64,000 bases of DNA from Bacilli bacterium. Its GTDB lineage: Bacteria > Bacillota_I > Bacilli_A > RFN20 > CAG-826. Position numbers and translations under genes: made by a program. Positions 1-11,324 of this stretch are shown here, piece after piece; positions within the stretch are counted from its first letter, which is position 1; each line of letters starts with the position of its first letter. Below the pieces are notes generated by a model, which saw only the letters and a program-made list of their open reading frames with translations, did not search any database and was not told the origin of the DNA. The DNA is taken from contig JAKSHZ010000002.1 in the NCBI GenBank assembly GCA_024399115.1, positions 19,790 through 83,789 of the forward strand, read 5' to 3'.

Positions 1-821
1 ACATCTTCCATTTTAGTTAATGCAAAAACTCTCTTACCTGCATAATTTAATGAGGCACCTAGATGATATAAATCTTTATCATCAATCACCAAGAACCTGT
101 CATGAAATTTATCATTAACATAAGCAGTGCATAAGCCATATTGGGAATTGAAATCAACTACATCTTGATTTGATAATTTAGCTTTTGATGAATGGTAAAT
201 CATCAATGAGACTCCAGTATGTTTGCATTTGAAAAATTCCAAAGCTTTAATATCGGCATAAGCATCTATAAGAACAAGAGAGTTATTTGCTTTTGAAATA
301 AGTTGAGTTATAAACGATTTAGCATCAAATATCTCTCCATCAAAAAATATTTTTTCTTTTTCTAAATTTGTTGTTTCTAAAAGAGTGAGACGTTTATCAA
401 TCGACTCAACTTTGTTTATAAGGTTTATATAATTCTCATTAGTGATTAGCGTTCTTTTTTCGTTTATGACATATCCCTTGAGTAAATATTCTTTTAAAAT
501 TGTGTTTGCCCATCTTCTAAAAATAACACCATTTTTTGATTTAACTCTATAACCAACAGATATAATGACATCCAGATTGTAATATTCTGTATAATGAATT
601 TGGCCATTTATCTCATGTGCATTTTTTGCACACGAGGTTGTTTTTTCGACTTCTCCTTCTTTGTATATGTTTGCAATATGTCTTGTTATTACTGATCTAT
701 CTCTTTGAAATAGAATTGACATATCATCTTTTGAAAGCCAAACAGTATCTTCGTTAGGAGATACATTAACATCCATCTCGATATTATTTTCTTTAAACTT
801 TACGATTTGATAATTTGGCAT
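1..821 (-). CDS. RhuM-family (virulence protein RhuM-like) protein, 3' end outside window
   Basis: Reverse-strand translation from ATG at 819-821 gives MPNYQIVKFKENNIEMDVNVSPNEDTVWLSKDDMSILFQRDRSVITRHIANIYKEGEV, the characteristic RhuM N-terminal motif. RBS AAGGAAG lies upstream. The ORF runs off the window start and is not in the supplied track. Confidence 0.5.
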   Translation of the reverse strand, partial: MPNYQIVKFKENNIEMDVNVSPNEDTVWLSKDDMSILFQRDRSVITRHIANIYKEGEVEKTTSCAKNAHEINGQIHYTEYYNLDVIISVGYRVKSKNGVIFRRWANTILKEYLLKGYVINEKRTLITNENYINLINKVESIDKRLTLLETTNLEKEKIFFDGEIFDAKSFITQLISKANNSLVLIDAYADIKALEFFKCKHTGVSLMIYHSSKAKLSNQDVVDFNSQYGLCTAYVNDKFHDRFLVIDDKDLYHLGASLNYAGKRVFALTKMED

Positions 822-1002
822 AAATATCTTTTTCTTCCTTATTCTAATTATAGCATTTAGCAGTAAAGGAATCTACATAATCAACATAAAAAGTGTAGAC
901 TTTTTCGAGTCAACTCTTAGGACTACACGCATTTATTAATAGTTTTTATCTCTAACGGGCTTGATACTCATATCAAAGTCCTGTTTTTTTGTTCAAACTG
1001 AA

Positions 1003-1030
1003 AGAAAGACTGGACGAATCCAGTCTTCCA
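1003..1030 (-). terminator. Rho-independent terminator downstream of pckA
   Basis: Perfect hairpin GACTGGA-cgaatc-TCCAGTC at 1008-1025, followed on the minus strand by a U-rich tract. Confidence 0.5.
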
Positions 1031-1048
1031 TATTTTAGTTTATGAACC

Positions 1049-2653
1049 TTATTTTGTAGGGCCGGCTTTAACTAATGCTTTACCAGCTTCATTTGATTCG
1101 TATTTAACGAAGTTCTTAATGAATCTGTCAGCTAAGTCACAAGCTTTGACTTCCCAAGCACTTGGATCTGCGTATGTATCTCTTGGATCTAAGATGTTTG
1201 TTGCAACTCCTGGAAGAGCTGTTGGGACTGCTAAGTTGAAGTGTGGGATAACTTTAGTTTCAACTTCGTTGATTGAGCCGTTTAAGATTGCATCGATGAT
1301 ACCACGTGTATCTTTGATTGAGATACGTTTGCCTGTACCATTCCAACCTGTGTTAACTAAGTATGCTTTAGCACCACTTGCTTGCATTTTCTTAACTAAT
1401 TCTTCAGCGTATTTTGTTGGGTGTAATTCAAGGAATGCTTGACCGAAACATGCTGAGAATGTTGGTGTTGGTTCTGTAATACCTCTTTCAGTACCAGCTA
1501 ACTTAGCTGTGAAGCCTGATAAGAAGTAGTATTGAGTTTGTTCTGGAGTAAGAATGCTTACTGGAGGTAAAACGCCGAATGCGTCAGCTGATAAGAAGAT
1601 AACGTTCTTTGCTGCTGGAGCACTACTGATTGGTTTTACGATATTGTTGATATGGTTAATTGGGTAAGAAACACGAGTGTTTTCTGTGACGCTCTTGTCA
1701 GCAAAGTCGATTTTGCCTTCTGCATCAACAGTGACGTTTTCTAATAATGCATTTCTCTTAATTGCATTGAAGATATCTGGTTCGCTATCTTTGTCTAAGT
1801 TAATAACTTTAGCGTAGCAGCCACCTTCGAAGTTGAAGACACCATTGTCATCCCAACCGTGTTCATCATCACCGATTAATAATCTCTTTGGATCAGTTGA
1901 TAATGTTGTTTTACCTGTTCCTGATAAACCGAAGAAAATTGCAGTATTTTCACCGTTCATATCAGTATTTGCTGAACAGTGCATTGAAGCCATACCTTTG
2001 AGTGGTAAGTAGTAGTTCATCATTGAGAACATACCTTTTTTCATTTCGCCACCGTACCATGTGTTGATGATGACTTGTTCTCTACTTGTAATGTTGAACA
2101 TAACTGCTGTTTCACTGTTTAAACCTAATTCTTTGTAGTTTGTAACTTTTGCTTTTGAAGCGTTATAAACAACAAAGTCTGGTTCGAATGAAGCTAATTC
2201 TTCAGCTGTTGGTTGGATGAACATGTTCTTAATGAAATGAGCTTGCCATGCAACTTCAACGATGAATCTAACTGCCATTCTTGTATCTTTGTTAGCACCA
2301 CAGAATGCATCAACAACGAATAATTTCTTACCGCTTAATTCTTTAACAGCGATATCTTTACAAGCTGCCCATGCTTCTTCGCTTGCTGGGTGGTTATCGT
2401 TTTTGTAACCTTCAGATGTCCACCAAACTGTATCCTTTGAGTTTTCATCCATAACGATGAATTTATCCTTAGGAGAACGGCCTGTGTAAACACCAGTCAT
2501 AACGTTGACAGCGCCTAATTCTGTAACTTTGCCAACTTCATAACCTTCTAATCCTGCTTTAGTTTCTTCTTCGAATAAAACTTCGTAGCTAGGATTGTAG
2601 ACGACTTCTTTGACGTCTTTAATTCCGTATTTTGATAAATCAATATTTGCCAT
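1049..2653 (-). CDS. pckA: Phosphoenolpyruvate carboxykinase (ATP)
   Basis: 534 aa. Has the [12 protein letters not shown]-loop and overall ATP-PEPCK architecture. RBS GAAGGAGA precedes the ATG. Confidence 0.9.
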   Translation of the reverse strand: MANIDLSKYGIKDVKEVVYNPSYEVLFEEETKAGLEGYEVGKVTELGAVNVMTGVYTGRSPKDKFIVMDENSKDTVWWTSEGYKNDNHPASEEAWAACKDIAVKELSGKKLFVVDAFCGANKDTRMAVRFIVEVAWQAHFIKNMFIQPTAEELASFEPDFVVYNASKAKVTNYKELGLNSETAVMFNITSREQVIINTWYGGEMKKGMFSMMNYYLPLKGMASMHCSANTDMNGENTAIFFGLSGTGKTTLSTDPKRLLIGDDEHGWDDNGVFNFEGGCYAKVINLDKDSEPDIFNAIKRNALLENVTVDAEGKIDFADKSVTENTRVSYPINHINNIVKPISSAPAAKNVIFLSADAFGVLPPVSILTPEQTQYYFLSGFTAKLAGTERGITEPTPTFSACFGQAFLELHPTKYAEELVKKMQASGAKAYLVNTGWNGTGKRISIKDTRGIIDAILNGSINEVETKVIPHFNLAVPTALPGVATNILDPRDTYADPSAWEVKACDLADRFIKNFVKYESNEAGKALVKAGPTK

Positions 2654-2757
2654 AATTTATCTCCTTCTATATCTTTTCGTGATTTTTGCCCAAAATCGAA
2701 CTCATTATAAACTATTAATTTATAAAAATGTTAGTGAAAACATCTATAAAAAGAAAA

Positions 2758-2792
2758 ATAACTGCCGAGAGGAGAATCGTCAGTTATTTTTG
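2758..2792. terminator. Bidirectional intrinsic terminator (serves the lipoprotein gene 2988-4784)
   Basis: Inverted repeat ATAACTG-ccgagaggagaatcg-CAGTTAT, flanked by T tracts on both strands. Confidence 0.45.
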
Positions 2793-2987
2793 AAGTTGCA
2801 ATTTTCTAGAATAGATATCCGATTTTATCAACTATTCGGCCGAAAAAATACCAATATAGTAAACTATAAGATCTTCTAATACCTATGTGTTTTGATGATT
2901 ATATTTTAAAGGAAATTCTATATTTCTATTATGATTAACTTGCTTTTCTTTGTTTATTAACTTACGAAAACACTAGATAAATACTTT

Positions 2988-4784
2988 TTATTTATTTCCT
3001 AATGCTTCTAATATTGTTGCGGTTTTCTTTTCCATATAAGAAGCAACATTAGTTCTTTCTTTTGGGAATGTCGTTCCGACATATTTGAATTGATCAACGA
3101 TTGAATATAAGTATTTTGAGTCTAAGCATTTATCTTTGAGTGCTACTCCCATATAAGCAAGGAATTTATCTTGATAATCTTTTTTAGAATAGTTTAAAGA
3201 TAAATTGATATCGGAGTCATTTAATAGTGTTGCCTTATATAAGTTTGAAATATTTCCACTCATTGTGTATGTATCAAATGGTTTAACTTTGCTCATATCT
3301 TTACCTGTAGCTAAACCTAAACTCCAGTCATAATCATATGCAATCACTACTGCTTTACCTGTACTAGGAACAAAGTAAACATAGGAATTATTAGTGTTAT
3401 ATCTTAAATCATCAAAGTTACCTAACATGTAACTAACTGCGGAATATTCTAAGAATTGTTCCATATCTAAGACTTTTTCTAACTCTTCTTTAGAACCTTT
3501 ATTATTCAAGCAGTCAGTTAATGTGTTAATAAGACCTACCATTTTAGAGAAATCAGAATCTTCACCTAAATCATCGTTAGTCTTCAATTGATAAGATGGG
3601 AAGTATTGATTGTATGGATCTTCAACACCAATCCAGCCATTCGCAATTCTTCCACCAATTGCTTTTCCGTTTTCATCTTCTAATTCTTCTACAGTTTTTC
3701 TTCTTTGAAAATCTGCAATCCAATGGTCTTGGACACCACATTTATATAAGTCACCCTTAGCATCAGCTTTTGAGAAATGACGTTTTAAGAAAACTTTATC
3801 TACACATTCGATTGTTTGATATCTAAATGTCTTGGTTGATACTTCGTTATTTAATGTTACTTGAACGATATTTGCATGAGGGGCTAACATGCCTTGTTTT
3901 CTAAACATATCAAAAGCAACAACTTCTCTTGCAAAGCAACCATCACTTCCACTGCCACCAAATCCTCCACCAAATCCAGAGTTTCTTGTTACATATTTAA
4001 GATCGAACTTCTCCATTCCAAAAAGAGTTCTATCTTTTCTTTCTTTACGTTCGTTAGCGTCTTCCCAAGTCTTTTTGAAGACAGATACTTTTGGATCCTT
4101 ATCATATAACTCATCATCAAAAGTAGCCTTTAAAGAAACTTTCATATGAGCTTGTTGGGAAATATTCCCACTGCTATTAAGCATTGTTCTTCTAGAAGTG
4201 TTGCCTTTTAGTCTTACACCTACTTCTTCATAAGTGTATTCCTTATCGTTCATTTTAATTTTTAAATCTGCTGGGAAATAAACATCAGCAAACTTAGGTA
4301 ATGATTTACCTTGAAGTTCGCACATAGTTTTAAATGCGCTTTGTTTAAAATCTAAATTTATTTGAATGTCAGAAGAGTAATTCCAGAATTCTAAGAACTC
4401 CTCGCTATCAACTAAGGCGACATTCCCTTGGCTATTAAACTTCTTATGATATGAATATTCAGGAGGTGGGCATTCGCATTTATAAGCGCATACTGGGTCT
4501 GCACAATCTAAATCTGTACACTTTTCACATGTTTCGCAAACATTTGAGCATGTATGAACTATAGGGTCGATGTCCTCATCTTTTTTATCTTCGTCTTTTT
4601 TATCATTACAAGTGCACTTTTCTAAGCATACTAGTTCTTGGCAAGTTTCATTAAGACACTTTCCGCATGTTGGACAGCAATTACATGTATGAGGAAGAGG
4701 ATCAATATAGTCTTCTACCTTACTACATGCGCTTAAAATAAAGAAAGCACTCATTAAGATGGGTAATAATTTTCTAGTTTTCAT
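2988..4784 (-). CDS. CotH-family (atypical kinase-like) lipoprotein with Cys-rich N-terminal module
   Basis: 598 aa. Signal peptide with lipobox ILSAC. Cys-rich segment HTCNCCPTCGKC...CECPPP. C-terminal region carries the CotH-like motif AYDYDWSLG. Confidence 0.5.
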   Translation of the reverse strand: MKTRKLLPILMSAFFILSACSKVEDYIDPLPHTCNCCPTCGKCLNETCQELVCLEKCTCNDKKDEDKKDEDIDPIVHTCSNVCETCEKCTDLDCADPVCAYKCECPPPEYSYHKKFNSQGNVALVDSEEFLEFWNYSSDIQINLDFKQSAFKTMCELQGKSLPKFADVYFPADLKIKMNDKEYTYEEVGVRLKGNTSRRTMLNSSGNISQQAHMKVSLKATFDDELYDKDPKVSVFKKTWEDANERKERKDRTLFGMEKFDLKYVTRNSGFGGGFGGSGSDGCFAREVVAFDMFRKQGMLAPHANIVQVTLNNEVSTKTFRYQTIECVDKVFLKRHFSKADAKGDLYKCGVQDHWIADFQRRKTVEELEDENGKAIGGRIANGWIGVEDPYNQYFPSYQLKTNDDLGEDSDFSKMVGLINTLTDCLNNKGSKEELEKVLDMEQFLEYSAVSYMLGNFDDLRYNTNNSYVYFVPSTGKAVVIAYDYDWSLGLATGKDMSKVKPFDTYTMSGNISNLYKATLLNDSDINLSLNYSKKDYQDKFLAYMGVALKDKCLDSKYLYSIVDQFKYVGTTFPKERTNVASYMEKKTATILEALGNK

Positions 4785-4962
4785 GTATAGAGATTATAAA
4801 ACTTATTTTTATAAAGCGGCATAAGCTTTTCTATTTGAGACTTTTTCTCATTTTTAGCCGTTCCAAGCGACTTTTTTGACAAATGTGAGTATTTGTCTAC
4901 CAAATTACATAATCGTCTTTAAAAGATACTATTTAATTATGATGCTTAAATCGGTATTTTTA

Positions 4963-5925
4963 TTAATCTTTAACTTTAACCTTTTTGATTTGTTTGAGAA
5001 GGGATGAAAGCGAAAATAATTCGATAACAATAATAATAATTGTATTAATAGCAAAGTCCCCGATGAAACTACCTAAGAATCCATCTACATATTCAATTGT
5101 AAGTAATAAAGCAGATATACCTGTTTCAGTGAATCCGTTTTCTGCACAAGCGTTTGTACAAACTATTAAATAAGTAACAAATAATGAGCCCAAAATTACT
5201 AGTAATGTTGTTAAGAAGCTCATTATAATCATTACAAAAGTTGGCTTACCACCAAATTTTTTATATAAGAATGTACCTAGGAAAATTGCAACAAAAGGAG
5301 CAATCCAAGTAATAAAACCCAAGAATTCGAAAATAACTGTGATTGCAGCTCCAGCAACCGCACCAATTAAAATTCCTAAGAATCCTTTAAGATAATTATT
5401 TGGTGCTGCAGCGAAATCTTCATCGTCCTTGTTAACTAAACTTTTAACTGCCTCGGCAGCGCTTAATGTTAATTTATATTTAATTTGACCAGGTTCTATA
5501 GTGATAGTTTTTGAATTATCTTCGTATAATGGTTCTCCAGATTGAGGGCAAATATCTGATTTAGGAGCTTCTAATTCAGCTAAAATATCTAATATCTTTG
5601 GTAAAACTTCATGGAATTTCTTTGGGAATCCATTAGCAGTCAATGCTCCAATCATAACAATAACACCAAAGTCATTATAAGAAGCTTGGCATAGACTTAA
5701 TTTTAAATTATTAAATTTAACAACAAAGTCATTTCTCTTAGTTTGTGGCAAATAAGTAGAGAAATAGAATAAAGGACCGTATTGTCCTGGATTATTTATA
5801 ATGTTTACTTCATATCCTTCTATATGACCATATCCATAATTTTTTTCATATTGGAAATCGTAGTTAGATAAAGCGTCGATAATTTTTTTATTCATAATTT
5901 CACCTCTGCATACATTAGTATACAA
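4963..5925 (-). CDS. Hypothetical membrane protein (C-terminal TM bundle)
   Basis: 320 aa ORF. Soluble N-terminal domain followed by 4-5 hydrophobic helices. No recognisable family. Confidence 0.4.
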   Translation of the reverse strand: MYTNVCRGEIMNKKIIDALSNYDFQYEKNYGYGHIEGYEVNIINNPGQYGPLFYFSTYLPQTKRNDFVVKFNNLKLSLCQASYNDFGVIVMIGALTANGFPKKFHEVLPKILDILAELEAPKSDICPQSGEPLYEDNSKTITIEPGQIKYKLTLSAAEAVKSLVNKDDEDFAAAPNNYLKGFLGILIGAVAGAAITVIFEFLGFITWIAPFVAIFLGTFLYKKFGGKPTFVMIIMSFLTTLLVILGSLFVTYLIVCTNACAENGFTETGISALLLTIEYVDGFLGSFIGDFAINTIIIIVIELFSLSSLLKQIKKVKVKD

Positions 5926-5968
5926 AAAAAGTTAGGATCGCTCCTAACCTTTTTGTCTTTTTGATTAA

Positions 5969-6370
5969 TTAGTCGACCCAAGTTACTAATACGATAGGTG
6001 CGTCATCGCCTCTACGATTACCAACTTTGAGTTTGCGTGTGTAACCACCGTTACGTGAAGCATATTTAGCGCCTAAGTCAGCGAATAATACTTCAATAGC
6101 GTATTTACCGTTTTCGCCTTTGATGTCTCTGACGAATCTTGCAGCTTGTCTTTTTGCTGAGACAACGTCTTCTTTCTTTGTTAATGTAACTAATCTATCA
6201 GCTTCACTAACGACATCTTTTGCGACTGCTGCTGTAACTTTGACACTGCCTTTTAAGATTAAGTCAGTGACGACGTTACGTAACATATTTTCATATTTGC
6301 TCTTAGTATAGGCGGCTTTGAATCTTACGCCGGTTTTACCATGAACGTTTTTTCTACCTTGTGCTGGCAT
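5969..6370 (-). CDS. rplQ: 50S ribosomal protein L17 (short N-terminal extension)
   Basis: Sits directly downstream of rpoA. Conserved L17 core ...RNVVTDLILKGSVKVT... Confidence 0.8.
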   Translation of the reverse strand: MPAQGRKNVHGKTGVRFKAAYTKSKYENMLRNVVTDLILKGSVKVTAAVAKDVVSEADRLVTLTKKEDVVSAKRQAARFVRDIKGENGKYAIEVLFADLGAKYASRNGGYTRKLKVGNRRGDDAPIVLVTWVD

Positions 6371-6381
6371 ATTCTATCCTC

Positions 6382-7353
6382 CTATTCGAAATCTTTGAAT
6401 GAAAGTCCGATTGCGATAAGTTTTTCTTTAATTTCTTTAAGAGATTTCTTACCTAAGTTTTTGACTTTCATCATATCTTCTTCAGTTCTGTCTGTTAATT
6501 CGAGAACTGTTGCAATACCTGCTCTCTTTAAGCAGTTGTAAGAACGAACAGATAAGTCGAGTTCTTCGATTGGGAAGTTCTCGTATTCACTTTCTTGTTC
6601 GACTTCTTCGTCTTTTTCAATGTTGATATCTCTTGTCATATTAACAAGGTTTTCAAATTTGACGAAGTGATCCATTAAGATCTTTGCTGACATAGCAACT
6701 GCTTCTTGAGGAGTAATGCTGCCATTTGTCCAAACTTCTAAAGTTAATTTATCAAATTTGGAATCGTGTCCTACACGAGTAGCATCTACGAAATAGTTAG
6801 CTTTTGTAACTGGTGAGTAATTGCTATCAGTAGCAATAACGCCAGCAGCTAAATTTGGGTGTAAGATTTTGTTCTTTTCACCTGTGAAGTAGCCTCTACC
6901 ATTACGGACGTGTAATGACATTTTTAATGAGCCACCTTCACATAAGTGAGCGATTTCTAAGTCTGGGTTAACGACTGAGACACCTGTTGGGCAAACGATG
7001 TCGCCTGCTTTAACAACAGCTGGACCCTTAACGTTAACTTCGAGTCTCTTGTTTCCTTCTTCTTCAGCGTCAATTTTTAAGACTAAATCTTTTAAATTGA
7101 GGATGATTGTTGTGACGTCTTCTTCAACACCTTCTAAAGCTGTGAATTCATGACGAGCACCTTCTACTTCAATAGCGTACATACTTGCGCCTGGAAGAGC
7201 GCTAAGTAAGACTCTGCGGAGAGCATTACCGATTGTTAAACCAAATCCTCTTTCGAGTGGTTCAATGACGAATTTTCCATAATTTTCATTTCCGTCATAG
7301 TCAGCTTGAGTGATACCGAATCTTTCAAATGGGTTAGCAATTTTCATATTCAA
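6382..7353 (-). CDS. rpoA: DNA-directed RNA polymerase subunit alpha
   Basis: 323 aa with alpha NTD/CTD signature. Operon position after rpsK. Confidence 0.9.
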   Translation of the reverse strand: MNMKIANPFERFGITQADYDGNENYGKFVIEPLERGFGLTIGNALRRVLLSALPGASMYAIEVEGARHEFTALEGVEEDVTTIILNLKDLVLKIDAEEEGNKRLEVNVKGPAVVKAGDIVCPTGVSVVNPDLEIAHLCEGGSLKMSLHVRNGRGYFTGEKNKILHPNLAAGVIATDSNYSPVTKANYFVDATRVGHDSKFDKLTLEVWTNGSITPQEAVAMSAKILMDHFVKFENLVNMTRDINIEKDEEVEQESEYENFPIEELDLSVRSYNCLKRAGIATVLELTDRTEEDMMKVKNLGKKSLKEIKEKLIAIGLSFKDFE

Positions 7354-7362
7354 TACCTCCTA

Positions 7363-7752
7363 CTAGCCTCTTGGTTTCTTTGGTGGACGGCAGCCATTGT
7401 GTGGGATTGGAGTTGTATCAACGATTGATAAAACTTGTAAACCAGCGACTGCTAAACTTCTAATTGCGCCTTCTCTACCTGGGCCTGGACCTTTAACATC
7501 AACATCAACTTGTCTAATGCCTTGATCAAATGCGACTTTACCAGCAGCTTCAGCAGCTTGCATAGCAGCGAATGGAGTTGCTTTCTTAGCGCCTTTGAAA
7601 CCTTGAGCACCAGCTGATGACCAAGCGATTGCGTTACCTTGTTCATCACAGATTGTGACGATTGTGTTGTTGAAAGTAGCATGAATGTGTGCGACGCCAC
7701 GTGTAAATGAACGTTTGATTTTCTTTTTACGTGTTGTGGTTTTAGTTGCCAT
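7363..7752 (-). CDS. rpsK: 30S ribosomal protein S11
   Basis: 129 aa with conserved S11 sequence. Confidence 0.9.
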   Translation of the reverse strand: MATKTTTRKKKIKRSFTRGVAHIHATFNNTIVTICDEQGNAIAWSSAGAQGFKGAKKATPFAAMQAAEAAGKVAFDQGIRQVDVDVKGPGPGREGAIRSLAVAGLQVLSIVDTTPIPHNGCRPPKKPRG

Positions 7753-7773
7753 ATTATTCTTCTCCTTTCATTA

Positions 7774-8151
7774 TTAGCCTTGAGGAGCCATCTTCTTATT
7801 AGCGATGGTTTTTCTTGGGCCTTTTCTTGTACGGGCATTTGTTTTTGTTCTTTGTCCGTTTACAGGTAAACCTCTTTTGTGTCTCATACCTCTGTAACAT
7901 CCGATTTCAGTTAATCTTTTGATGTTAAGAGCGACTTCTCTACGGAGATCACCTTCTGTTTTGTAGTTACCAATCTCGTTACGGATTGTACCGAGTTGTT
8001 CATCTGTTAAATCTTTGACTCTGATACCGCCGTCAACTTTTGCAGCATTGCAAATTAATTCAGCAGTATGACGACCAATACCATAGATGTATGTAAGAGC
8101 GATTCTTACTGGTTTGTCGTTAGGAATATCAACACCAACTAAACGTGCCAT
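7774..8151 (-). CDS. rpsM: 30S ribosomal protein S13
   Basis: 125 aa, [10 protein letters not shown]... start. Confidence 0.9.
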   Translation of the reverse strand: MARLVGVDIPNDKPVRIALTYIYGIGRHTAELICNAAKVDGGIRVKDLTDEQLGTIRNEIGNYKTEGDLRREVALNIKRLTEIGCYRGMRHKRGLPVNGQRTKTNARTRKGPRKTIANKKMAPQG

Positions 8152-8168
8152 ATTCTGTTCCTCCTTTA

Positions 8169-8282
8169 TTAACCTTGTCTCTGCTTATGCTTTGGGTTTG
8201 AGCAGATGACCATGACTTTGCCATTTCTCTTAATAACCTTGCATTTTGGGCAGATAGGTTTGACTGAAGGTCTGACTTTCAT
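8169..8282 (-). CDS. rpmJ: 50S ribosomal protein L36
   Basis: 37 aa: [37 protein letters not shown]. Missing from the ORF track because it is under 60 aa. Confidence 0.8.
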   Translation of the reverse strand: MKVRPSVKPICPKCKVIKRNGKVMVICSNPKHKQRQG

Positions 8283-8307
8283 ATTTTCTTTCCTCCTAAT
8301 TCGTTTT

Positions 8308-8526
8308 CTACTTGAAACGATAAGTAATGCGGCCTCGTGTTAAATCATAAGGCGAAATTTCGACCGTAACTCTATCTCCTGGGAGAATGCGTATGTAATT
8401 CATACGGATTTTTCCAGAAACGGTGGCCTGAATTACGACGCCGTTTTCGAGTTCTACTTTGAAGTTTGCATTTGGTAGGCACTCTTTAACGATCGCCTGC
8501 ACTTCGATGACATTATCTTTAGACAT
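8308..8526 (-). CDS. infA: Translation initiation factor IF-1
   Basis: 72 aa S1-like OB fold. Confidence 0.9.
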   Translation of the reverse strand: MSKDNVIEVQAIVKECLPNANFKVELENGVVIQATVSGKIRMNYIRILPGDRVTVEISPYDLTRGRITYRFK

Positions 8527-9301
8527 ATTCTTTGTACTCCTTACTTTCTTCTTCAGTTAGAGTGATAATTTTTAATCCTTCACTTGTGAGGATAACTGTA
8601 TTTTCATAGTGGCAAGTTAACTTACCATCTTTAGATACTGTTGTCCATCCATCAGGAAGAATTCTGGTTTGATATTTGCCTTCTAGGACCATTGGTTCGA
8701 TTGCAAGAGCCATACCAACTTTAATTGTGGCTCCAGATCCTTCTTTTCCATAACATGGGACAGCTGGATCTTCATGCATACTACTTCCAATGCCATGTCC
8801 TGTGGCATCACGAGTAACACTATAACCGAACTTGTTAACGTAGGCTTCGATCGCGTGACTTATATCTCCGACGTGATTTCCTTCTTTAAAGTATTTAAGA
8901 CTTTCGAAGAATGATTCACGAGTGACATTGACTAATTGTTTTACTCTTTCAGGAACAATTCCAACTTCAAACGTTCTAGTCGCGTCAGCACAATAGCCTT
9001 TATAACACGCTACAACGTCAAGAGAAACAATGTCGCCTGTTTTAAGAATGGTTCTTCTATTAGGAATACCGTGGATTAACACGTTATTCACTGATACGCA
9101 AGTCATGCTTGGATAACCATAATATCCTTTACATGGTCCTGTGCAACCATTCTCAGTAATGACACGTTCTGCAATCTCATTGATTTCAAACGTGGATATT
9201 CCTGCTCTAATAAGAGGAGCGATAGTCTCAAATACTTTTGCGACTACCTTGCCAGCTTGTTTCATGAGTTCAATTTCTCTTGACGATTTAAGCGTAATCA
9301 T
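8519..9301 (-). CDS. map: Methionine aminopeptidase type I
   Basis: 260 aa with MAP metal-ligand motifs. Position between adk and infA. Confidence 0.85.
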   Translation of the reverse strand: MITLKSSREIELMKQAGKVVAKVFETIAPLIRAGISTFEINEIAERVITENGCTGPCKGYYGYPSMTCVSVNNVLIHGIPNRRTILKTGDIVSLDVVACYKGYCADATRTFEVGIVPERVKQLVNVTRESFFESLKYFKEGNHVGDISHAIEAYVNKFGYSVTRDATGHGIGSSMHEDPAVPCYGKEGSGATIKVGMALAIEPMVLEGKYQTRILPDGWTTVSKDGKLTCHYENTVILTSEGLKIITLTEEESKEYKEYV

Positions 9302-9304
9302 AAT

Positions 9305-9952
9305 TTAACTAAGTAAGAATTTTTTTACTTCATCGAATAGTGTTCCACTGTCGACTAATGAGTTGAATTCAACAATTAAGCCTTTTTTACTATAGAAACT
9401 AAGTAATGGGGCTGTGTCGACTGTGTAATGTTGTAAACGAACTTTAAGCGATTCAACATTGTCGTCTTTTCTTTGGTAGAGTTCTCCGCCACATTTGTCA
9501 CAGATACCTTCTTGTTTAGGTTTCATGTTAACAATGTGATAAGGAGCGCCACATACCTTACAGACTCGACGTCCTGAGATACGCTTAATAAGTTCCTCTT
9601 CGTCACAAGTGAGACTGATAACAGTTTCAATTGGACGATTTATTTCTTTAGACATTCCTTCAAGAGCTTCTGCTTGAGCAAGAGTTCTTGGAAAACCATC
9701 TAATAGAAATCCGTTTTCGCAGTCAGGTTTAGCTAATCTATTTTGTAACATTTTGATTGTTACTTCATCTGGAACTAAGTGTCCAGCGTTGATGTAGCTA
9801 GCTGCTAATTTTCCCAACTCTGTTTGATTAGAAATTTCCTCGCGGAACATATCTCCAGTAGAAATATGTGTCATTCCTAAACTTATGAGTTGTTTTGCTA
9901 ATGTACCTTTTCCTGCACCAGGAGGGCCCATTAGAATAATATTCTTCTTCAT
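9305..9952 (-). CDS. adk: Adenylate kinase (zinc-LID type)
   Basis: GPPGAGKGT P-loop. Lid carries CxxC...CxxC. Confidence 0.9.
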   Translation of the reverse strand: MKKNIILMGPPGAGKGTLAKQLISLGMTHISTGDMFREEISNQTELGKLAASYINAGHLVPDEVTIKMLQNRLAKPDCENGFLLDGFPRTLAQAEALEGMSKEINRPIETVISLTCDEEELIKRISGRRVCKVCGAPYHIVNMKPKQEGICDKCGGELYQRKDDNVESLKVRLQHYTVDTAPLLSFYSKKGLIVEFNSLVDSGTLFDEVKKFLLS

Positions 9953-11319
9953 TATTGTCCACCTGAAGCGACAACTTCATCGAATGACTTACCAGCAAGT
10001 AAACCATCGATTTGAGAATTAAGTTCGAGTGCTACACCAACAACGATAATCATACCTGTACCACCAAGGGCAAGTGAGTTATTACCACCGAAGACACCTG
10101 TTAAAGTGAGGATTGGTGGAATAGCTGCGATAATTGCTAAGCTGATTGCGCCTAAAACTGTAACTCTGTTTAATACTTTTCTTACATATCTTTCAGTTTC
10201 ATTACCTGGTCTGATACCTGGAATGTATGAACCATTCTTTTGGAAGTTTTCAGCCATTTGATCTGGTGCGATTTGTAAGTTAGCGTAGAAGAATGTAAAT
10301 GCTACTGTAAGGACTAAGTAAATAATTAATCCCCAAGGCATTGCGAAGTTATCACCCATCTTGTACATCGTTGTGGTTGAGAAGATTCCTAACCATTCAG
10401 CATTTGATTTTGAAGAATCAATGAATGCGATGATGACGCTTGGAGCAGTTAAGATACTGCTTGCGAAGATGACAGGGATAACACCTGCACTGTTAATTTT
10501 GATTGGTAAGAATGAAGCCTTTGCCATTGAAGCAGTTTGGCCACCACCTTTACCAGAGTGTTGAACAGGAATTTTTCTCTTTGCTAATTCTGTAAATGTT
10601 ACGAACGCAATAATGAGTAAGTAAGAGAGTACATATAGCAAGAATTTGAATACGCCAGCGACTGCTGCGCTATCCATACCTGTGTAGAATCCTTGTGAAA
10701 CCCAAGTTGTGAATGCTGTTGACATTTGGCTAGGTAAACTACTAACGATACCAGCGAAGATGATCATTGAGATACCATTGCCGATACCCTTTGTAGAGAT
10801 TTGGTCACCGAGCCACATAACGAGCATTGAACCAGCTAACAATACGATAACGACGTATACGTAAGTTAACCAAGCTTGGTCTCCGGTCGTAAATGTTACG
10901 AAATCGGAAGATTCCATTGTTTTAATAATTCCGTAAGCTTGAACTGCACCTAACAATAATGTGAGGTAACGAGTTGCGAGCTCCATTTTCTTTCTTCCAT
11001 ATTGACCTTGACGTTTCAAATCAGTTAATGCTGGCAAAACATCTGTTGCTAATAATTGAACGATGATTTGAGCAGTAATGTATGGAGAAACACCAAGTGC
11101 AAAGATTGAGAAGCTTTGAAGTGTTCCGCCGCCGAGCAAGTTCATGATGGAAAGTGCGTTGTTACTTGTTAAATAAGTATGAAGTGCACTTTCATCAGGA
11201 ATTGATGCGCCAGGAACAGGAACTTGTGCTCCAATACGGAAGATAAGAAGGATCATAATCGTAAAGACGATACGACCCATAATTTCTTTATTTTTTAAGA
11301 TTGAAGCAAGTTTCTTCAT
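9952..11319 (-). CDS. secY: Preprotein translocase subunit SecY
   Basis: 455 aa polytopic membrane protein in the canonical position. Confidence 0.9.
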   Translation of the reverse strand: MKKLASILKNKEIMGRIVFTIMILLIFRIGAQVPVPGASIPDESALHTYLTSNNALSIMNLLGGGTLQSFSIFALGVSPYITAQIIVQLLATDVLPALTDLKRQGQYGRKKMELATRYLTLLLGAVQAYGIIKTMESSDFVTFTTGDQAWLTYVYVVIVLLAGSMLVMWLGDQISTKGIGNGISMIIFAGIVSSLPSQMSTAFTTWVSQGFYTGMDSAAVAGVFKFLLYVLSYLLIIAFVTFTELAKRKIPVQHSGKGGGQTASMAKASFLPIKINSAGVIPVIFASSILTAPSVIIAFIDSSKSNAEWLGIFSTTTMYKMGDNFAMPWGLIIYLVLTVAFTFFYANLQIAPDQMAENFQKNGSYIPGIRPGNETERYVRKVLNRVTVLGAISLAIIAAIPPILTLTGVFGGNNSLALGGTGMIIVVGVALELNSQIDGLLAGKSFDEVVASGGQ

Positions 11320-11324
11320 ATAAG

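Noticed and set aside
1119-1442. 107-aa plus-strand ORF inside pckA
   Set aside because: Antisense to a well-supported conserved gene. Low-complexity translation. No RBS.
2610-2879. 89-aa plus-strand ORF upstream of pckA
   Set aside because: Lies in the pckA promoter/terminator region. AT-rich low-complexity protein. More likely non-coding.
7452-7838. 128-aa ORF overlapping rpsK and rpsM
   Set aside because: Alternative frame of ribosomal protein genes. Not conserved-looking.
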